From Candidatus Latescibacterota bacterium (GTDB taxonomy: Bacteria; JAAXHH01): a stretch of DNA of 64,000 nucleotides. The DNA is taken from the NCBI GenBank assembly GCA_022822725.1, contig JAJEAN010000007.1, positions 9,435 through 73,434 of the forward strand, given 5' to 3'. The notes beneath the pieces are model-generated. The model was not told the DNA's origin, did no database searches, and worked only from the letters and a program-made list of their open reading frames with translations. Shown in pieces: positions 18,670-28,638 of this stretch. The translations under genes were made by a program, and so were the position numbers. The number at the start of each line of letters is the position of its first letter. Position 1 is the stretch's first letter.

Positions 18670-19797
18670 ATGAAAATAGAAGACATCACCTCGTATTTCA
18701 TCGGCGGCGGATACGTCATCCGCGTCAGGACCGACAACGGGCTCACCGGGGTCGGACAGACGGCCTGCTGGGGGTATCCGGAAGCCGTGCACCAGATCGT
18801 GGAGCGGTTCAAAGACTACCTGGTGGGACAGAATCCTTTCCGCATCGAACATCACTGGCAGTATCTCTACCGCATGTCGCCCTTCCGGGGAAGCGCCCTG
18901 TCCGGGGCGGTCAGCGCCGTCGACATCGCCCTATGGGACATCAAGGGCAAGCACTTCGGGGTTCCGGTCTGGGAACTGCTCGGCGGAAACTGCCGGGACC
19001 GGGTCAGGCTGCACCTGCTGGGCGGCGGCGGCACCCCGGAGGCCATGCTCGAATCGGCCCGCAACGCGGCGTCGGAGGGCTTCACGGCCCTCAAGTTCGA
19101 TCCCCTGCCGGGCGGCTACCAGGACATGGCCCTCGACCGGATGATACGCACCGCCCGGGATCTCGTCGCGGCAGCGCGCGAAGGCGGCGGGCCCGACATG
19201 GACCTCATCGTGGAGGTCCACCGCAAGCTGACGCCGCTGACCGCCATGCCCCTGGCCAACGCGCTGACCGAATTCAACCTCTATTTCATCGAGGACCCCA
19301 TACAGATCGACAGCATCATGGCCCAGGGTGAAATCGCCCGGCGGATCGGGATCCCCGTCGGCAACGGGGAACGCCTGAACACCATCTGGGAGTTCCAGGA
19401 GCTCCTTGCCCACGGCGGACCGCAGTACGTGCGGCCGGACGTGGCCCTCGCCGGCGGCCTGACCCACTGCAAGAAGATCGCGGCCATCGCCGAGGCCCAC
19501 CACTGCGCCGTCGTGACGCACAACTTCCTGACCCCCCTGATCACCGCCGCTTCCGTACACCTGGATACCAGTATTCCCAACTTCGTTACGCAGGAATACA
19601 GCATGGGCGACGAATCGGAAGCCAGCAGGATTTATCGGACCAACATACGCCGGGAAGGCGGGTACATCCCGATACCCCGGGACCCGGGACTGGGCGTGGA
19701 ACTGGACGACGAACGGCTGGAGGGAGCGGTCTTCACGCCGATGAATACCGCGAATACGCTGCTCAGGTCGGATGGCTCGGTAGCCAACTCGGTCTAG
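18670..19797 (+). CDS. enolase-superfamily enzyme (mandelate racemase/muconate lactonizing family; sugar-acid dehydratase-like)
   Basis: MKIEDITSYFIGG capping domain, and the KxK/D-E-D metal-ligand pattern (EVHRKL, IEDP, GERL). Confidence 0.8.
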   Translation: MKIEDITSYFIGGGYVIRVRTDNGLTGVGQTACWGYPEAVHQIVERFKDYLVGQNPFRIEHHWQYLYRMSPFRGSALSGAVSAVDIALWDIKGKHFGVPVWELLGGNCRDRVRLHLLGGGGTPEAMLESARNAASEGFTALKFDPLPGGYQDMALDRMIRTARDLVAAAREGGGPDMDLIVEVHRKLTPLTAMPLANALTEFNLYFIEDPIQIDSIMAQGEIARRIGIPVGNGERLNTIWEFQELLAHGGPQYVRPDVALAGGLTHCKKIAAIAEAHHCAVVTHNFLTPLITAASVHLDTSIPNFVTQEYSMGDESEASRIYRTNIRREGGYIPIPRDPGLGVELDDERLEGAVFTPMNTANTLLRSDGSVANSV

Positions 19798-19798
19798 G

Positions 19799-20653
19799 AT
19801 GTCAAGTCAGGATTTCACGCCGGGACGCGCGGACGGGAGGATGAAAGGGCACATGCGTCGATTCAGTCTGTTGCATCCGCTCTGGATGGCCTTCTACGAA
19901 GGGGCCATTTACGAGGATGCGGCCCGGCACTGGCGAAACCGAACCTTTCTTTACCTCCTATTGCTGCTGGCGCTGACCTGGATCCCCTTCACCATCCAGA
20001 TGCAGAACGAGGTGGACGACTGGGTCAGCCGGGAAGCGCCTTTCTATATCGACCAGGTCCCTGATCTCAGCCTCTCCGGCGGCGAACTCACCTCGTCCTC
20101 ATCCGCGCCGACGCTCCTGCGTGACCGGGAAGGGACGGTGCTGGCCGTCATCGACCCGACCGGGCAGTACACCAGCCTGGATGACACCGAGGCGCCGGTG
20201 CTGGTAACGCGCACCCAGATCTTCATCCGCGGAGAGGGCGACCTGGTCGACGTAACGAACCTGCCGGAAGGACCTCCGGAGACGCTGACCCGGGAGGACC
20301 TGTACGTGATCGCCGACTGGACCCGGTCCCTGGTCAATACGCTGCTCTTTCCCGTCCTGCTCGTGCTGTCCTACGCGTACCGGACCGTCCAGACGCTGCT
20401 GTACGCCTACGTGGCTTCCTTTTTCACGGCGTCCGCCGGAGCGTCCGCCGGAGGAGTGCTGCCGTACCGTACGCTCCTGAACCTGGCCATCATCGCCATT
20501 ACGCCGGCCGTCGTGCTGGACACCGTGCACATGCTCATGGAATCTCCACTCCCGGACTGGTTCTGGTGGCCGGCATGCGTACTGCTTTCCCTGGGCTATC
20601 TGCGGTTCGGCATCCGGGTCACGCTGGACGCCGAAAGGCAGGCGGCAGCCTGA
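19799..20653 (+). CDS. hypothetical membrane protein (DUF1189-like)
   Basis: The 284-aa protein has an N-terminal TM, a soluble middle region and C-terminal TMs. The stop is embedded in the heptamer repeat. Confidence 0.5.
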   Translation: MSSQDFTPGRADGRMKGHMRRFSLLHPLWMAFYEGAIYEDAARHWRNRTFLYLLLLLALTWIPFTIQMQNEVDDWVSREAPFYIDQVPDLSLSGGELTSSSSAPTLLRDREGTVLAVIDPTGQYTSLDDTEAPVLVTRTQIFIRGEGDLVDVTNLPEGPPETLTREDLYVIADWTRSLVNTLLFPVLLVLSYAYRTVQTLLYAYVASFFTASAGASAGGVLPYRTLLNLAIIAITPAVVLDTVHMLMESPLPDWFWWPACVLLSLGYLRFGIRVTLDAERQAAA

Positions 20654-20677
20654 AGCCTGAAGCCTGAAGCCTGAAGC
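20647..20677. repeat. heptamer tandem repeat (AGCCTGA) x 4.3
   Basis: The first unit contains the stop codon (TGA 20651-20653) of the upstream membrane-protein gene. Confidence 0.9.
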
Positions 20678-20794
20678 GTACGCAAGGAACGAAACGAGGA
20701 AACGGCTTCGGGGAAAAGAAGCCTTGCCGCATCGCAGGATCGTCGAAACGTGTGAAAACCTTCCTATCTTCCACCCGTCGATGAAGGGACCGCC

Positions 20795-22459
20795 GTGAAA
20801 CGCATACTGCTCTTGATCAACGCGCACAGTCCGCCGTTCAGCCAGTTCGCCGCCATGTTCGACCGGCTCGTGAATGGCGCTTCGCAGTTCACCCTGGACG
20901 TAACCGACGACCGCAACGCGCTCTGCGACCCGTCGGGTTACGATGCCGTGGCGCTCTACATCGCGTCCGGAGAACTGACCCCTGACCAGGAAAGGGGGAT
21001 CACAGGCTACGTGCGGAACGGCGGCGGGCTGCTGGCCGTGCACACCGCAAACGCGGGGCTGGCGCAGTACGCCGATTACATCGAGATGATCGGCACCGAG
21101 TTCATCGGCCACGATCCGCTGGGCGACTTCGACGTGGAAGTCGATTCCGCCTTCGACGAGATACTGCCGCGCATGAGCCGGAGCTTCCGCGTCCAGGACG
21201 AATGCTACAACATGGACATCAAGACGGAAGCGCCACTCAGGTGGTTCCAGCACGGCGTATGGAAACTCGAACGCAAGCCGTTGGGCTACCTGCGGGATTA
21301 CGGAAAGGGACGCGTATTCTACACCGCCCTAGGCCACGACAACCGCACCTTCGTCCATCCCGATTTCCAGGACCAGTTGGTCAAGGGGCTCCGTTACGTG
21401 TGCGGGATGACCGACGGGTCGCCAGTCCGGATCGGGCTGGTGGGATACGGACCGCTGTTCGGCATGGGGAGGCACCACAGCGAGCAGATCGCCGCGACGC
21501 GGGGATTCGAACTGGGGGCGGTCTGCGACCGGGACCCCGCCCGGCTGGAAGCGGCGCGGGAGGAACAGGGCGAGGACGTGCCCATGTTCGAGGATGCCGT
21601 GGAAATGGCCGGAAGCGGGCTAGTCGATCTCGCCATCGTCATCGTGCCCCACGCCTACCATGCGCCGGTCGCGAAGCCGCTGCTTGAAGCGGGCCTTCAC
21701 GTGATTACAGAGAAACCCTTCACGGTCAAGGTCTCCGAGGCGGACGAACTGATCGGCCTTGCCAGGGACCGGGGCGTCATGATCTCGGTGTACCACAACC
21801 GGCACTGGGACCCGGACATCCTTTCGATGAAGGAGATCGTCGATCGGGGCGATATCGGCGAGGTGTACTCGGTCGAAAGCGCCCTGGTGGGGTACGGCCT
21901 GCCGGGCCAGGCGTGGCGGACCCACAAGCCGGTCTCCGGCGGGGCGATGTACGACTGGGGCGCCCATAATTTCGAAAAGATCCTGCAACTGGTGCCGCGG
22001 TACGACGGACAGGGCAACCGGATAAACAAGCGGGCGACACTCTACGGGAACTACATGAAGCGGGTCTGGCACAGCAGTACCAACGAGGATTACTGCCGGG
22101 CCTACGCCCGTTTCGACGCGGGCGTCGAGGCGCAGTTCATGACCTCGTCCATCCATGCGTCCCGCAGGCCCATGTGGACCGTCCAGGGAACCGCCGGATC
22201 GATTGTCATGGAAGGCGGGGACGGGGCGGGGACGGTGACCATGGCCTCGCCCGACGGCCGCCACCGCGTCGTCGAGGTGAAACCCTACGACCGGGGACAT
22301 AACTGGCACGGCTATTACAAGAACGTGGCCGATCACCTGCTCGCCGGCCTCCCCCTGGAGATCACGGGGGAATGGGCAAAAGGTCCGATACAGCTCATCG
22401 AGGGTTGTGAAACGGCCTCGAGAGAAAACCGGCTGGTGGAAGTGGAATTCGATTTCTGA
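20795..22459 (+). CDS. ThuA-like (class-I glutamine amidotransferase-fold) domain fused to a Gfo/Idh/MocA oxidoreductase
   Basis: The N-terminal roughly 210 aa are ThuA-like (YTALGHD). The C-terminus has a Rossmann motif IGLVGYGPLFGMG, EKP, and a Gfo/Idh/MocA C-terminal domain. GTG start with AAGGGA SD. Confidence 0.75.
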   Translation: MKRILLLINAHSPPFSQFAAMFDRLVNGASQFTLDVTDDRNALCDPSGYDAVALYIASGELTPDQERGITGYVRNGGGLLAVHTANAGLAQYADYIEMIGTEFIGHDPLGDFDVEVDSAFDEILPRMSRSFRVQDECYNMDIKTEAPLRWFQHGVWKLERKPLGYLRDYGKGRVFYTALGHDNRTFVHPDFQDQLVKGLRYVCGMTDGSPVRIGLVGYGPLFGMGRHHSEQIAATRGFELGAVCDRDPARLEAAREEQGEDVPMFEDAVEMAGSGLVDLAIVIVPHAYHAPVAKPLLEAGLHVITEKPFTVKVSEADELIGLARDRGVMISVYHNRHWDPDILSMKEIVDRGDIGEVYSVESALVGYGLPGQAWRTHKPVSGGAMYDWGAHNFEKILQLVPRYDGQGNRINKRATLYGNYMKRVWHSSTNEDYCRAYARFDAGVEAQFMTSSIHASRRPMWTVQGTAGSIVMEGGDGAGTVTMASPDGRHRVVEVKPYDRGHNWHGYYKNVADHLLAGLPLEITGEWAKGPIQLIEGCETASRENRLVEVEFDF

Positions 22460-22501
22460 TTGGCCGCGGACCCGAAAGAGTTGGCCGCGGACCCGAAAGA
22501 G
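22460..22501. repeat. tandem direct repeat, 21-bp x 2 (TTGGCCGCGGACCCGAAAGAG)
   Basis: It starts on the nucleotide after the ThuA-Gfo stop codon. Confidence 0.9.
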
Positions 22502-22512
22502 ATACGCCGGAT

Positions 22513-22752
22513 ATGACGACTAGAGAAAAACTCGAAGCGGGCTTCACCATCCTCGCCATTTTCGCGCTCTGGCCGGTTATTCTGGGCTGGGACAATCCAG
22601 CCTACCAGGTCGTCCTGGGCGTGATCCTGGTGGTGTTCATCGCGCTCGTCGCGCAGAAGTTCCGCCGCATTCGAGCCATTTACAACGCCACCCGGGTGGA
22701 AGCGAAGAAACGCAAACCGCCCGCCGGGAACCGGGACGAGCCCTTCGGCTGA
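22513..22752 (+). CDS. small 2-TM membrane protein (79 aa), hypothetical
   Basis: Two clear hydrophobic helices and a basic C-terminal tail. No homology is recognised. Confidence 0.35.
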   Translation: MTTREKLEAGFTILAIFALWPVILGWDNPAYQVVLGVILVVFIALVAQKFRRIRAIYNATRVEAKKRKPPAGNRDEPFG

Positions 22753-22784
22753 CGGGCCGGTGCGGTAACGGGTGTGCCGTCCGC

Positions 22785-23765
22785 TCAGGCGTATTTGCCC
22801 GGAAGGTCCGGAGCGGAGACCTCGTCCAGCAAGGCGCGGTCCTCCGGGTCCAGCACCCATCCCACGGCCCCCAGTGATTCCTCGACCTGCTCGGGGAAGT
22901 CCGGACCGATGATGGGCGCGGTCACCTCTTCGTGGTCCAGGATCCAGGCCAGCGCCACCTGCGCCGGCGTCTTCCCGTACTTGTCCCCCACGTCGATCAG
23001 CGTCTGCACGATGCGGTCCAGCTTATCGGTCATGGCCTCGTCGAAGGGATAGAACTGGCGGCTCAGGCCCGGTCGGGGGTCCTTCCCCCACGGGCTGTTT
23101 TCGGGCGGCACGGCTCCTCGTCGGAACTGGCCGGTCAGCAGGCCGATGGCGAGTGGGCTGTAGCACATGAGGCCCAGTCCGAGATCTTTGGCCATGGGCA
23201 TGAGTTCGAGCTCGGTCTCCCACCGGGCCAGCAGGCTGTAGTTGTACTGCAGGCATACGAAGGGTTCCAGGCTGCGCCGGTCACTGGTCCAGAGCGCTTC
23301 CACCACCTTGTACACCGGCCAGTTGCTGCAGCCGATGTACCGGACCTTGCCCTGGCGGACGAGGTCGTCGAAGGTCGAAAGAGTTTCCTCCAGGGGCGTG
23401 ACCGGGTCGAAGCTGTGGGCCAGGTAGAGGTCGATGTAGTCGGTCTGCAGTCGTTTCAGGCTTTCTTCCACGCCCTGCATCAGGTTGAACCGTGACAACC
23501 CGGTGAAGTTGGGCCCCTTCCCCGCCGTGCCGAAAATCTTGGTGCATAGCACGACGTGTTCGCGCCTTCCCTTGAGCGCTTTCCCGATGATCTTCTCGGA
23601 CCTTCCCTCACCATAGAACGCCGAGTCGATGAAGTTGCATCCCAGGTCGAGGGCCGTCTCGATCACCCGGATGCCTGCGTGCTCGTCGATCTCTCCCCGG
23701 AAGGCCGTGCCGAGGCAGATCGGCGACACCTGCAGACCGGTTTTGCCCAGATAGCGGTATACCAT
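22785..23765 (-). CDS. aldo/keto reductase
   Basis: YRYLGKTGLQVSPICLGT start, DSAFYGEG, and the catalytic tetrad region. Confidence 0.85.
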   Translation of the reverse strand: MVYRYLGKTGLQVSPICLGTAFRGEIDEHAGIRVIETALDLGCNFIDSAFYGEGRSEKIIGKALKGRREHVVLCTKIFGTAGKGPNFTGLSRFNLMQGVEESLKRLQTDYIDLYLAHSFDPVTPLEETLSTFDDLVRQGKVRYIGCSNWPVYKVVEALWTSDRRSLEPFVCLQYNYSLLARWETELELMPMAKDLGLGLMCYSPLAIGLLTGQFRRGAVPPENSPWGKDPRPGLSRQFYPFDEAMTDKLDRIVQTLIDVGDKYGKTPAQVALAWILDHEEVTAPIIGPDFPEQVEESLGAVGWVLDPEDRALLDEVSAPDLPGKYA

Positions 23766-23874
23766 GATCTTCCTCTCATTTGCGGGTGCTCTTCTGACCC
23801 GCCACGTGATCGCAATTCCCGGAATGTACTTATACTGGCTACTAAATCCTGGCTACTTTGCACGAAGGCGCCGC

Positions 23875-24717
23875 TCACGGCCGGGGCACGCCGGCTTCGA
23901 CGAAGGCTTTTTCCAGGGTCCGGTAACACAGGGCGGCCGCTTCGAAGGGGTCGTATCCCGGTTTCTTCTGCACCATGTTGCTGACCTCCGCGGTTATCGA
24001 TCCCTCGTATCCGGCGGCATGCATGGCCTGAAGGTAGGCCGTGAAGTCGAAGTCGCCTTCCCCGGGCACGAGGAACTCGAAATCGGGCACGCGGCCGCGC
24101 TGGTCCTTGACGTGGGTGTGCACCGCGTGTGGCGCCATGAGCCGGACCGCTTCCTCGATGGGCATGCCCAGGACGTCGAAGTGGCTGATGTCGAAATTGA
24201 GCCCCAGGTGGGGCGAGTCCATGGTCTCTACGAGTTGGACTGATTTCTCCGCGGTGTCCAGGGCGCATCCGACGTGGGCTTCCATGCCGATCACCACGCC
24301 TCTGTCCGCGGCGTAATCCACCAGTTTCCGGACCCGTTCCAGGATGAAGTCCAGCCTGGTTTCCCAGTCTTCCGGCGCACCGCCCAGCACCGTGTCCAGG
24401 ACCGGTGCACCGCGGCCGTCGCTCCATTCCGCGCACAGGTCGACGGCCCGCTTCAGCAGGCGCATGTTCTCTCGATGCGCATCGGGGTCCTCTTCGAGGA
24501 GCGAGCGGTGGGCGGCGACGGCGGGCATGGCCAGGCCGTATCCGGAACAGAGCGCCTTGATGCGGCGCCGTTCACGGCCGTCCAGTCCGTCCACGGCCGT
24601 CGTGTAGTTCGGCAGGACCGTCAGTTCCACCGCGTCGAATCCCACGTCGTGCAGGAACGCAAGGGCCTGGTCCACGGGGACTTCGGGCATGCCCCAGGTG
24701 GTATAGCCAATCTGCAT
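23875..24717 (-). CDS. sugar phosphate isomerase/epimerase (xylose-isomerase-like TIM barrel)
   Basis: Start placed at MQIGYTTWGM. The upstream 144 aa of the listed ORF are Arg-rich GC artefact. Conserved metal-binding E/D/H pattern (IGMEAHVG, HVKD). Confidence 0.75.
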   Translation of the reverse strand: MQIGYTTWGMPEVPVDQALAFLHDVGFDAVELTVLPNYTTAVDGLDGRERRRIKALCSGYGLAMPAVAAHRSLLEEDPDAHRENMRLLKRAVDLCAEWSDGRGAPVLDTVLGGAPEDWETRLDFILERVRKLVDYAADRGVVIGMEAHVGCALDTAEKSVQLVETMDSPHLGLNFDISHFDVLGMPIEEAVRLMAPHAVHTHVKDQRGRVPDFEFLVPGEGDFDFTAYLQAMHAAGYEGSITAEVSNMVQKKPGYDPFEAAALCYRTLEKAFVEAGVPRP

Positions 24718-24797
24718 GGTCAGGTCTTCTCCAGTCTTATTGAAGGCGGTAAGTGACAGGCCTCGAAGGTCGTACTGCGCGAGGACCGTCGTAACCG

Positions 24798-25706
24798 TTA
24801 CAGCATGCCGCCGTCCACGAGGAAAGCCTTCAGCCGCTCCATCTCCTCGACAGAGAGATCGGGCAGTGGGCTCCTGCGCCAGCGGCCGCAGATGCCGGCC
24901 AGTTCCAGGACGGCGTGCTGCGCCGCGTCGCCGCCGGCCGGAAAGGTGTTGTACAGGAAGTCGAAAAAGGGCATGTCGAAGCGCGCGATGACGTCCGTGG
25001 CCGCATCGATGTCTCCGCGCTCGATGGCGGCCCGGTAGGCGTGAGCCACGTCGGGCTTGAACTTGATGAAGGTCGACATGTACCCGTCGCAGCCATAGGG
25101 CAGCATGTCCATGTGGGTCTGCTTCTGGCCGCCGGCGAAGATCACCCACTTCTCGTGGGCCCTGGCGCAGGCCCCTCGGGCGAAATCGGGACCGAAGTCC
25201 TCCTTGAATCCCACGACGCCCGGTACCTCGTCCAGGAGCCGTTCGACGGTTTCCAGCGCGCCCCGGACCCCCACGCTCACCAGTCCGGCGCTCAGGATGA
25301 AGGCTGGCAGCGCCCGCGACACCGCATCGTAGTACGCCACGAGCCCGTCCACCGTCATCCCGCGGTCGGGCGGCGCAACGATCACCGCGTCCGCGCCGCG
25401 GTCCCGGGCATATTCCGCGAAGGCGGCGGTCTGCGGCGTGGACCAGAACCCCGCGCTCGCGATGAACAGCGCCCGTTTGTCCACGATGCCGGCGGTAAAG
25501 GCCGTCAGTTCGGCGATCTCCGCTTCGGTGAGCACCGGGTAGAGACTGTCCCCGGGCGTGAACAGGACGCTTCCCGCCCCCGCTTCGATGCAGAAATCCA
25601 CGAAACGGCGCAATCCTTCGTAATCGATGTCGTCATTTTCGAGAAAGGGGGTGTTGATCGAGGCGACGGGTCCGGCCAGATGGTGCCGGAAGCGATCCAT
25701 GTCCAT
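24798..25706 (-). CDS. dihydrodipicolinate synthase/N-acetylneuraminate lyase family protein
   Basis: DapA-like TIM barrel with the Schiff-base lysine region (VVGFKEDFG). Confidence 0.7.
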   Translation of the reverse strand: MDMDRFRHHLAGPVASINTPFLENDDIDYEGLRRFVDFCIEAGAGSVLFTPGDSLYPVLTEAEIAELTAFTAGIVDKRALFIASAGFWSTPQTAAFAEYARDRGADAVIVAPPDRGMTVDGLVAYYDAVSRALPAFILSAGLVSVGVRGALETVERLLDEVPGVVGFKEDFGPDFARGACARAHEKWVIFAGGQKQTHMDMLPYGCDGYMSTFIKFKPDVAHAYRAAIERGDIDAATDVIARFDMPFFDFLYNTFPAGGDAAQHAVLELAGICGRWRRSPLPDLSVEEMERLKAFLVDGGML

Positions 25707-26807
25707 CTAGGCCCGCCCTTCTTCCGTCCAGGTGTCGAAGGGGTTGCCTGTTTCGGCAAAGGGGAGGGCTACCCGCGCTCCCGTGATGTGGGAACGGTGC
25801 GCCGCCATGGCCATTTCGATGTGGCGGCGGGCCGTGCGCGCGTGGCATAGTTCGTATTCGGGTTCCCTGCCCTCGATGAGATCCATCATGGACCTCGCCA
25901 TGCGGTGGTGGGCGTTGATCCATTTCTGCCCGCCCGATACCCGCTCATGGGCGAGCACTTCCCAGCGGTCGTCGTCGAAGGGCTTTGGGTTCGAATGGGG
26001 ATGAAAATAGATGTCCGGACCGTCCTGCGTGGGACCGGGCAGGACGAGCGTGCCGGCGGTCCCGTGGATGTCGATGCGATAGGGATTCTCGATGCCGTCG
26101 CCGGCGAAGGATTCAAATTCCGCGTTGAATCCGTCGAACTGGTAGTGCGCCCACATGCCGTTCCCCGCCGAGGTGCCCATGCCGAACAGCCCTTCCTTCC
26201 GGTCCGACGGGCGGACCGGGCGGCCGTCCTGGGTGATGATCGCCTGGCACCACGACGGTTCGCCGAAGAGCTGCCACAGGAAATCGAAGAAATGGGGATA
26301 GAGATCGATGAACCACTGGTCTCCCCCGTTCTCGCCGCCGAAACCGTACATGCGGGCCCAGCGCGGTTCCCCGATCCCGCCCTCCCGGATCATGGGGATG
26401 GCCTGGCGCTGGATTTCCGGCCGTCCCCGCCAGGGGTGGGCCATGATCAAGAGGACGCCGGACCGGTCGCAGGCTTCCACCATGGCGTCCACTTCGGCCG
26501 GGGTACGGGCCAGCGGCTTTTCCGCGTACACGTGGACCCCCTGTTCGGCGGCGGCCAGCACCATGGCGAGATGGTTGCTCATCTCGTGGGTGGCCAGGAC
26601 GACGATGTCCAGCTTCTCCTGATCCAGCATGTCCGTGTACCGGGCATAACCCTTCGCGGCGCCCGTGCGTTGCAACGCTGATTGCCTGCCCTCCTCGACC
26701 GGATCGGCCAGGGCGGCGATCTCGGCGCCTTCCACGCCCACGAATGCCTGGTCAAGGGAATGCCCGTAATCTCCACAGCCGGTGTGGCCGATGATGCCGA
26801 TTTTCAA
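25707..26807 (-). CDS. Gfo/Idh/MocA-family oxidoreductase
   Basis: MKIGIIGHTGCGDYG Rossmann start, and EKPLA motif. Confidence 0.8.
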   Translation of the reverse strand: MKIGIIGHTGCGDYGHSLDQAFVGVEGAEIAALADPVEEGRQSALQRTGAAKGYARYTDMLDQEKLDIVVLATHEMSNHLAMVLAAAEQGVHVYAEKPLARTPAEVDAMVEACDRSGVLLIMAHPWRGRPEIQRQAIPMIREGGIGEPRWARMYGFGGENGGDQWFIDLYPHFFDFLWQLFGEPSWCQAIITQDGRPVRPSDRKEGLFGMGTSAGNGMWAHYQFDGFNAEFESFAGDGIENPYRIDIHGTAGTLVLPGPTQDGPDIYFHPHSNPKPFDDDRWEVLAHERVSGGQKWINAHHRMARSMMDLIEGREPEYELCHARTARRHIEMAMAAHRSHITGARVALPFAETGNPFDTWTEEGRA

Positions 26808-26824
26808 TGCTTTGCTCCTGTTCC

Positions 26825-26915
26825 GGCAGCCCGGTCAGCCCGGACAGCTCAATCAGCCTGGCAGCCCGGATAGCCCGGACAGCCCGGACAGCCCGGACAG
26901 CTCGATCAGCCCGGA
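26825..26915. repeat. degenerate 12-bp tandem repeat (CAGCCCGGACAG-like) x about 7
   Basis: It lies 3' of the darA stop and upstream of the Gfo/Idh/MocA operon. Confidence 0.7.
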
Positions 26916-26933
26916 TATGGGAAGGGTACGCCC

Positions 26934-27263
26934 TCAGACGACCACCATGCGTTCGGTCTGGATGATGAACACCTGCGCGCCGCCCACCATGGTCGTTACC
27001 GCCTCGCCCAGCCCGAGGGCGTCGAGATGGGTGCCGATCTGCGCGACGTCGATGGCTTCTTCCCGGGCGTGGCAGTGGTTCTGGATGAGTTCGAGCACGG
27101 GAGGCACGCGCTCGTCGTCCACCCCGATCAACAGGGTGACGTTGCCGGCGCGCAGGAAACCGCCCGTGCTGCCGATTTCGGTGAATCGGAAATCGTTGTC
27201 GATCAGTGCATCGGAAAGATGCCGGATGTCCCTTTTGTTGACGATTGCGATGAGGAGTTTCAT
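26934..27263 (-). CDS. darA: c-di-AMP receptor DarA/PstA (PII-like, DUF970)
   Basis: MKLLIAIVNKRD...TGGFLRAGNVTLLIGVDDERV...GGAQVFI aligns with B. subtilis DarA (MKLIVAIVQDQD...TGGFLKSGNTTFLIGVEDDKV...GGATVFV). Start at MKLL (27263). Confidence 0.75.
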   Translation of the reverse strand: MKLLIAIVNKRDIRHLSDALIDNDFRFTEIGSTGGFLRAGNVTLLIGVDDERVPPVLELIQNHCHAREEAIDVAQIGTHLDALGLGEAVTTMVGGAQVFIIQTERMVVV

Positions 27264-27291
27264 GGCACGCCTCCTGGTCCCTGTGTCCACT

Positions 27292-28638
27292 TCAGGCCGT
27301 AACCGATTCAATGGCCTCTCCGGCTACGTTAATCATCCGGTCCAGCTCTTCGGCGGTGACGACGAAGGGGGGAGCGAAGTTGACGCTGTCTCCCCGGCAA
27401 CGGGTATAGACGCCGTTCTCAAGCATCTTCTTCACGATGCGTCCGCCGACCTTCAAAGCGGGATCGTAGGGTTTGCGGGATGCGGGGTCTTCCACCACCT
27501 CCACGGCGGCCATCAGCCCGATACCGCGGATATCGCCCACGTGCGGCAGCGTCCGCAGCGTCCGCAGGCCCTCCATCAGCTTCTCGCCCATGGTCCTGCT
27601 TCGCTCGATGAGGCCTTCGTGCTCCAGCAGATCGAGATTCGCCAGGCCGACGGCACAGCAGGTCGGATGCCCGGAGTAGGTGAAGGAGTGGTTCCATTTG
27701 CGGTCCCCGGGAGCGTTCTGGATGCAGTCGTGTATCTCGTCCGAGACGATGATGCCCCCAAGCGGCACGTATCCGCTGGTGAGGCCCTTGGCGAAAGTGA
27801 CAATGTCCGGTTCGATATTCCAGCAGGACACGCCGAACCAGTGCCCGATGCGGCCGAACCCGGTGATTACTTCGTCGGCGATCAGGAGCACGTCGTACTT
27901 CGTGCAGATTTCCCGCACCCGCGGCCAGTAGTCCTCCGGCGGGACGATGACGCCCGCCGCGCCTTGCACGGGTTCTCCGATGAACGCGGCCACCGTGTCC
28001 GGGCCCTCCTGCAATATCGCTTCCTCCAGCGCCCGGGCGCTCGCTTCGCCGCATCCCACCCCGGGGTCCTCCGGCCTGTAGTGATAGGGATAGGGCGCGT
28101 CGATATGGACGTATCCGGGCAGGCTGGATCCGAAATCCTCCCAGTAGGCCTCCAGCCCGGTGGCGTTCATGGCGCCGATGGTCACGCCGTGGTAGGCGTG
28201 TTTCCTGGATATGATCCTGGTCTTGTCCGGCCGGCCGGCCCGTTGCCAGAAATACCGCGCCGTCTTGATCGCGCTGTCGTTGGAAACGGCGCCGCCGGAC
28301 GTGAAAAAAGTATGGTTCAGCGCTCCCGGCGCCCGTTCCTTCAGGCGGGTGGCCAGGCGTATGGCCGGAATATTCGTCGCTCCCGCGTAGCAGGAAAAGA
28401 AACCCAGTGCTCCAATCTGGTCCGCGGCGGCCGCCGCCAGCTCGTGCCGGCCGTGGCCCACGTTTACGTTCCAGAGGCTCGAAAGCCCGTCGATGTAGCG
28501 CTTGCCCTCGATGTCGACGAGCGTGGAGCCCTCGGCGCGTACGCAGATCAGGGGCTCGTCATGGTCGTCGCGGTGCTGCAGGGGATGGATCAGGTATGCG
28601 TCGTCCCTCAGCAGTTGGTCACGGTCGCCGTAGGTCAT
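27292..28638 (-). CDS. class III (omega) aminotransferase
   Basis: 448-aa aspartate aminotransferase fold type I with TFAKGLTSGY (PLP lysine), and DEVITGFGR. Confidence 0.85.
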   Translation of the reverse strand: MTYGDRDQLLRDDAYLIHPLQHRDDHDEPLICVRAEGSTLVDIEGKRYIDGLSSLWNVNVGHGRHELAAAAADQIGALGFFSCYAGATNIPAIRLATRLKERAPGALNHTFFTSGGAVSNDSAIKTARYFWQRAGRPDKTRIISRKHAYHGVTIGAMNATGLEAYWEDFGSSLPGYVHIDAPYPYHYRPEDPGVGCGEASARALEEAILQEGPDTVAAFIGEPVQGAAGVIVPPEDYWPRVREICTKYDVLLIADEVITGFGRIGHWFGVSCWNIEPDIVTFAKGLTSGYVPLGGIIVSDEIHDCIQNAPGDRKWNHSFTYSGHPTCCAVGLANLDLLEHEGLIERSRTMGEKLMEGLRTLRTLPHVGDIRGIGLMAAVEVVEDPASRKPYDPALKVGGRIVKKMLENGVYTRCRGDSVNFAPPFVVTAEELDRMINVAGEAIESVTA

